A DNA stretch of 64,000 nt from the human T2T-CHM13v2.0 reference genome, Homo sapiens, in NCBI RefSeq assembly GCF_009914755.1, contig NC_060938.1; one strand, 5' to 3'. Positions 55,797 through 64,000 of the stretch are shown here, piece by piece. The position numbers and the translations under genes were made by a program. Below the pieces are notes generated by a model. The model saw only the letters and a program-made list of their open reading frames with translations. It did no database searches and was not told where the DNA came from. Positions within the stretch are counted from its first letter, which is position 1; every line of letters begins with the position of its first letter.

Positions 55797-56466
55797 TCAT
55801 TTTTAACATCAAGCATTTGGGTAATGATTATTCTTGTGACAATGAACAATAAATACCTTTACATTTGCTCCCCAAGTTTAACATTCTGCATTATTCTATT
55901 TTATTTCAACATGGCCTCAGACACATAGGATGTAGTATGTTGTAGATGCTCAAATGTGAAATATAGTCGCCACAAACTCTCTATTCATCTTCTACCACCA
56001 AAGATTTTTGTCATCATGGGTTGTTGCCTAATTTCTCAAGTATAGATATGGTTCCATCCTGCATCAAGGCACTCTGAAATGGAATTCACTGCTCACCATG
56101 CCTTCAACTGCCATGTTTATACATCATACCCTACAGAACTTCATGTTTATCTTCTGCGCTTACATGAACAAATACAACTGATGGCTTCAACTCAAAATTT
56201 TAAACAGTAAGTACATAGGGAGTAATCTCTTAAAAGCTAGTGTCATCCTTGCATTACCACAACCAATTTTCTAGCCTTCTTCCACCCAGCCCTCATGAGC
56301 GTGGGAAATGTAATTAATTTTATCCAGGAGATTAGCTGAGGAGAGAAAGCTGATCTCACACATGATCTCAATCTCATTAGTGAATAGCATGAAATATTTA
56401 ACAGCAGTGGTGTGGTCAAGTTATCAAGGCATTGAGAATCTAAACATCAAATCATAAGAAACTCAC

Positions 56467-56546
56467 CTGCTTAGGTTGATCTACAAAAGCAGAAAGTCCT
56501 GGCTTCACAGAATCAAAAACTTCCCCTTCTAGAATTGGAAGCTGTC
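56467..56546 (-). CDS. ENTPD5: ENTPD5 exon ([26 protein letters not shown])
   Basis: aaatag|GA ... CAG|gtgagt; 80 nt; KPGLS motif of GDA1/CD39 NTPDases. Confidence 0.94.
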
Positions 56547-57042
56547 CTATTTTGTCCATGGAACAAAACAGAAGAGAGAGCTGGTTACCAAAAGTTAGGC
56601 TGCTTCAGATGCTGGGCTCTGTCTCTGTAAGTTTTCCTATGACTTCCCTGAAGTTACCCCAATGATCCTAGTTGTGAGGAATGTCTTGCAGGAGTACTGG
56701 AAAGAAGGACTAGAGCAACCTCTGAGGGTCCATTTCTGCTACCATTTCTCTGGTGGACACCTAACTCCTCCACCTTTCCCCAGGCTCCATAAGTGACCTG
56801 AGGAAAAAACACTGACAATTCAGAAAAAGTTAATCTTCAGGGATTCCTAGCCTCATGTCCAAGGATGGCAGTGAAATTCTCATGTGATCCTTCTCCCAAA
56901 ACCACTCCCCATATTCTGAATATTATGGATCCCTGGAGTATCCCATGTTTAAAGAGGAAGAACAAATTATAACTATTCTTTTTGAACACATGGGTTTCAG
57001 ACTACAGACAGCCCAGCTCTCTTCTAATTTCACATTGAATTA

Positions 57043-57156
<114 letters not shown>

Positions 57157-57537
57157 CTATAAAAAAATTTAAAAATGAGCTGGGCATGGTGGCACAAGCC
57201 TGTAGTCTCAACAACTCAGGGGGCTGAGGTGGAAGGACTGCTTGAGCCCAGGAGGTCAAGGTTGCAGTGATGTGTCATCATGCCACTGCACTACAGACCG
57301 GGCAACAAAGCAAGACCTTGTCTCAAAAAAAAAGTTAAAAAATAAAAACAAAACAAATAAATAAAAATAAATAAATAAACCACATGTTCAATTGTAGTCC
57401 AAAGTTCTCTGAAGAAAGACATCCACTAGGTGTGAGATTCTGTAATTCACATAATAAACTCTCAGCATATTTGTTTCTGGGAGGAGATGCTAAAGTGTGG
57501 ATTTACAGACTCTACTAAGGGTCCCAGTTGCACTTAC

Positions 57538-57754
57538 CTGGCATTTTCTGCACAAAGGTGTAAACATGAATTCGAGTTCCAGTGCTCCCTGCATCAAACA
57601 TAATTCCATACAAGGTGCTGGCGCTGACATTGATGGGGCACATGGAAGACAGGAAGATACCCTCAAACCAAGTCTGCTGGTTCCTGTGGGAGACAGCGCT
57701 GCAAACACAGGATACCACCAGCATGAAAAAGACTGTGCCCCAAGAAGTGGCCAT
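57538..57754 (-). CDS. ENTPD5: ENTPD5 first coding exon (signal peptide [19 protein letters not shown]...; ACR1 DAGSTGT)
   Basis: agaATGG context; CCAG|gtaagt. The thirteen exons sum to 1287 nt = 428 aa. Confidence 0.96.
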
Positions 57755-58019
57755 TCTTTTCACAAGATGTGGCTGGGTGGAGGCTTTTGTTGCAGAAGCA
57801 ATCCTGCTCGCACACCTGCAGAGGCTTATAGGACAAAGACACACAAGTTAGACCAACTAGCTTTTTTAGTTACACCTGTAAAAGAAGAAACACTCACTCC
57901 TGGGCCCAAGGTGTTCCTTCCCTATTCTAATAACCTGTACAACAAGCTAAACCAGGGTGATGTGGGCTCTTAGCACCTTTTCCGAAGGGTATCTAGTTCC
58001 AAAAGGAAATTGGAATTGA

Positions 58020-58465
58020 AGATATATTTTCCCATGCTTTGGTTTTTAAAAATACAGAGTAATTGTACATATTTATGGAATACATGTGATATTTTGATAT
58101 ATGCAGACGATGTGTAAAGATCAAATCAGAGAATCTAGGATATCTATTACAACATTTATCATTGTTTGTGTTGGAAACATTTCAAATCTTCTAGCTACTT
58201 TGAAATACACAATAAAATATTGTTAACTATAGTCACCCTACTGAACTATCAAACACTATAACTTATTCCTTCTATTTAATTGTAAGTTTGTACCCATTAA
58301 CCAAGTTCTCCTAATCTCTCCACACCCCACTAGCCTTCCCAGCCCCTCTGGTAACTGTCATTCTATTCTACTTCCATGAAATCAACTTTTTTAGCTCCCA
58401 TATATGAGTGAGAACATGCAGTATATATCTTTCTGAGCCTGGCGTGTTTCACTTAACATAATGAC
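58020..58465 (-). mobile_element. L1MA-type 3' end fragment
   Basis: gtacatatttatggaatacatgtgatattttg ... ttagctcccatatatgagtgagaacatgc. Confidence 0.75.
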
Positions 58466-58495
58466 CTTTGCTTTTTTTTATTTTATTTTTTTTGA

Positions 58496-58603
<108 letters not shown>

Positions 58604-58798
58604 TAGCTGGGATTACAGGGACCCACCACCATGCCCAGCTAATTTTTGTATTTTTAGTAGAGACGGGGTTTCACCATGTTGGTCAGGCTGGTCTCGAACT
58701 CCTGACCTCGTGATCCACCCGCCTCGGCCTCCCAAAGTGCTGGGATTACAGGCATAAGCCACCACGCCCAGCCACTTTGCTTTTAATTATAGGGTGGG

Positions 58799-59845
<1,047 letters not shown>

Positions 59846-60463
59846 AAAAAATAATAATTGTAGGGTGGCTCTCACATACTCAAAGGCTCTCTGCCACTCT
59901 GCTCCTATTGTTGAGTCTAATTTCTTCTTTCCATTTTGATGATTTTCCCTTTAGAACATAAATATCCGTTTCTCCCTCCCTCTTTTCTGACTCCCCATCT
60001 TTTTTTGAGACAGGGTCTCACTCTGTCACCCCGGCTGGAGTGCAGTGGCACAATCACGGTTCACTGCAATCATCACCTCCCGGGCTCAAGTGATCCTTCC
60101 TCCTTAGCCTCCTGAGTAGTTGGGATTACACGTGTGTGCCTCCATACCTGGCTATTTTTTTTATTTTGGTAGAGATGGGGTTCTGCCATATTGCCCTGGC
60201 TGGTCTTGAACTCAGCCTGAGATCCACCTGCCTCAGCCTCCCAAAGTGCTGGGATTCCAGGCATGAGCCACTTCACCCAGCCGGATTTGTTTTACTGGAA
60301 AATAATTTTTTAAATGTATAGGGTTTTTTTCCATCATTCTGCAACAAAGCCATTATCATGAGTTTGAATATTATTGAAACCTGTGATAAAAAACATTTGT
60401 GGCTGGGTGCAGTGGCTCATGCCTGTAATCTCAGCACTTTGGGAGGCCGAGGCAGGTGGATCA

Positions 60464-60889
<426 letters not shown>

Positions 60890-60923
60890 TCATCCGTAAA
60901 GGAAAACTGGAGTTCCTCAAGGT

Positions 60924-61435
60924 CAGGGTTTCTTAATCTTAGCACTGTTTACATTTAGGGGCCAGGAGCAGTGCCTCACACCTGTAATCCCAGCACTTTG
61001 GGAGGCCAATGCTGGCGGATCACTTGAGGTTAGGAGTTTGAGATCAGCCTGGCCAACGTGGTGAAACCCCCGTCTCTACTAAAATACAAAAATTAGTTAG
61101 TTGTGGTGGTGCATGCTTGTAATCCCAGCTACTCAGGAGGCTGAGGCAGGAACATCACTTGAACCCGGGAGGCGGAGGCTGCAGTGAGTCAAGATCGCAC
61201 CACTGTGCTCCAGCCTGGAGGACAGAGCAAGAATCTGTCTTAAAAAAAAAAAAACAATAACCAAAAAAAAAAAAAAAAACAATTAGGGCTTGATGTGGGC
61301 GCTGTCCTGTGTAAGGTAGGATGTTTAGCAGTATCCCCAGCCTCTATCCACTAGAGGTCAATAGCACATCCCGCCCCTCCACCCACAACCAGTTGTGATA
61401 ACCAAAAACGTCTCCAGACATTGCCAGCTGTCTGC
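60924..61435. mobile_element. MER20 interrupted by an Alu (about 60960-61280)
   Basis: cagggtttcttaatcttagcactg ... aaaacgtctccagacattgcc; Alu TSD ACA(T/A)TTAGGG. Confidence 0.75.
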
Positions 61436-61506
61436 TGGCTAATTTTCCTGCTCTGTATATTTACATATAAAATATATTCTATGTATTTTAATTTTATGTT
61501 TATTTA

Positions 61507-61650
<144 letters not shown>

Positions 61651-62036
61651 TCACAAAAAAAAAGTATATATATATATAAAATATTTTCATATATATGTAT
61701 GTATATAAACGTTTTCTCTGCCATTTTCTTCCGGTATTAATGAATAATGCCGTATCTATCCTCTAAGGTAAAGCTTCCTGACTTGCACTTTATGTACTTT
61801 GCACCAAACAGTTTTGGGTCTTCTGATCCAGCTTTCATCTCTGGATCTCTTATGTAAGTCATAGTTTACTGGTTAAGTGACAAGATCTGATTCTAAAGTT
61901 CCCATTTCCCAGGCCCTTCAGCTCTAACAAAATACTTCGTATATTTGGAGTACAGATTAAGGATTCTCAATCATCTCAACTTTGTTGAGTATCTAGGGTT
62001 TATCAAAATGTCTCCCTCCCCACAGGTGACATATTA

Positions 62037-63000
<964 letters not shown>

Positions 63001-64000
63001 ATTTAAAATAACTAGATTTGGTCTTAGGTACTACCAAAGCAGAGCTGGAACCATCCGTTAGAACACTATTCAAGGCTGAACTTCTATCCTGTAGTTAAGA
63101 ATAAGAGCTATTGGTTAGGAGAGGAACAGACAAAATTGTTTGACCTTTTACAATCCCAAACAAAGGAAACTTCATCCCAGGAAATCAACCACTGATACAG
63201 GATAGCTGCCTGGCCAGGTTCACACTCTGGCTGATTCTTTTACAGCAAATGAGCTAGACATGTAGATCAAACTAAATAACTCGAAACAGAAACAACTCTT
63301 CAGAGTCTCTGAGTGTTAACAGATCCTTGCTTTGTCCAACTCTGGGTCCCTCTTTTCCCTCAGAAAGTGAATTAATGGCATTCTAGGCAGCAGCTTTCCT
63401 TCCTCTGTGTGACTGCAGTTTCTTCAGGGGTCACCCAAATTTTGTATTAATATATCATTGTAGTTTTTGAAAAACTTCTCCAGCTTCTATTTCTATTAAG
63501 TAAATATTTGTTTTTCTTCCAGAGATTTCAAAGGTGAAAAAAAACATCCTAGGTATCTGTTTTCACGAAAAAACAAAAAAAAAAAAACAAACAAAAAACC
63601 CTGCAGAGTCATACTAGTTGTTCAGTGTAAAACCAAACAATAGATTTTAGAGAAAGCAAAGGATGAACAAATAGAATGCCCCTTTCAGCTCTCAGTAACT
63701 ACATTCTAAACCACTTGCAATCGCACTTTTAAGATTAGTTATTTTAAAATGGCATTAGGCATTGTCTTATTTTTTTAAACTTTATTTATTTATTTTGAGA
63801 TGGAGTTTCACTCTGTTGCCCAGGCTGGAGTGCAATGGTGCAATCTTGGCTCACTGCAACCTCTGCCTCCTGGAATCAAGAAAGTCTCTTGCCTCAGCCT
63901 CCCTAGAAGCTAGGATTACAGGCGCATACCACCACACCTGGCTAATTTTTTGTATTTTTAGTAAAGATGGGGTTTCACCATGTTGGCCAGGCTGGTTTCG

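Noticed and set aside
57497-57973. 158-aa + strand ORF, and the in-frame upstream extension of ENTPD5 to 57844
   Set aside because: The first is antisense to the ENTPD5 exon. The second runs through the splice acceptor into intron and starts at a non-ATG codon.

Overview
Alu-dense primate (human-like) genomic DNA, recognisable from the spliced proteins as the ZNF410 / FAM161B / COQ6 / ENTPD5 locus (human 14q24.3; placement is from recall, not a search). I rebuilt three coding sequences exon by exon from splice sites and phase: FAM161B (- strand, 9 exons, 1944 nt, 647 aa, or 710 aa from an upstream in-frame ATG), COQ6 (+ strand, 12 exons, 1407 nt, 468 aa, plus an alternative first exon giving 443 aa) and ENTPD5 (- strand, 13 coding exons, 1287 nt, 428 aa; its promoter is probably outside the window). 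The last coding exon of ZNF410 (+) is also present. The four genes alternate strand and abut or overlap at every junction. Most of the supplied ORF track is Alu/L1/L2 translation noise. I see no new multi-gene biological system; this is a known locus. The observations most worth checking are an ENTPD5 alternative last exon lying antisense inside COQ6, a codon-registered two-strand coding overlap at the FAM161B/COQ6 promoter, an L1PA insertion with an apparent 3' transduction, overlapping two-strand poly(A) signals, a GC-AG intron in ENTPD5 and a candidate p53-family element. Repeat boundaries and subfamilies were judged by eye and are approximate.
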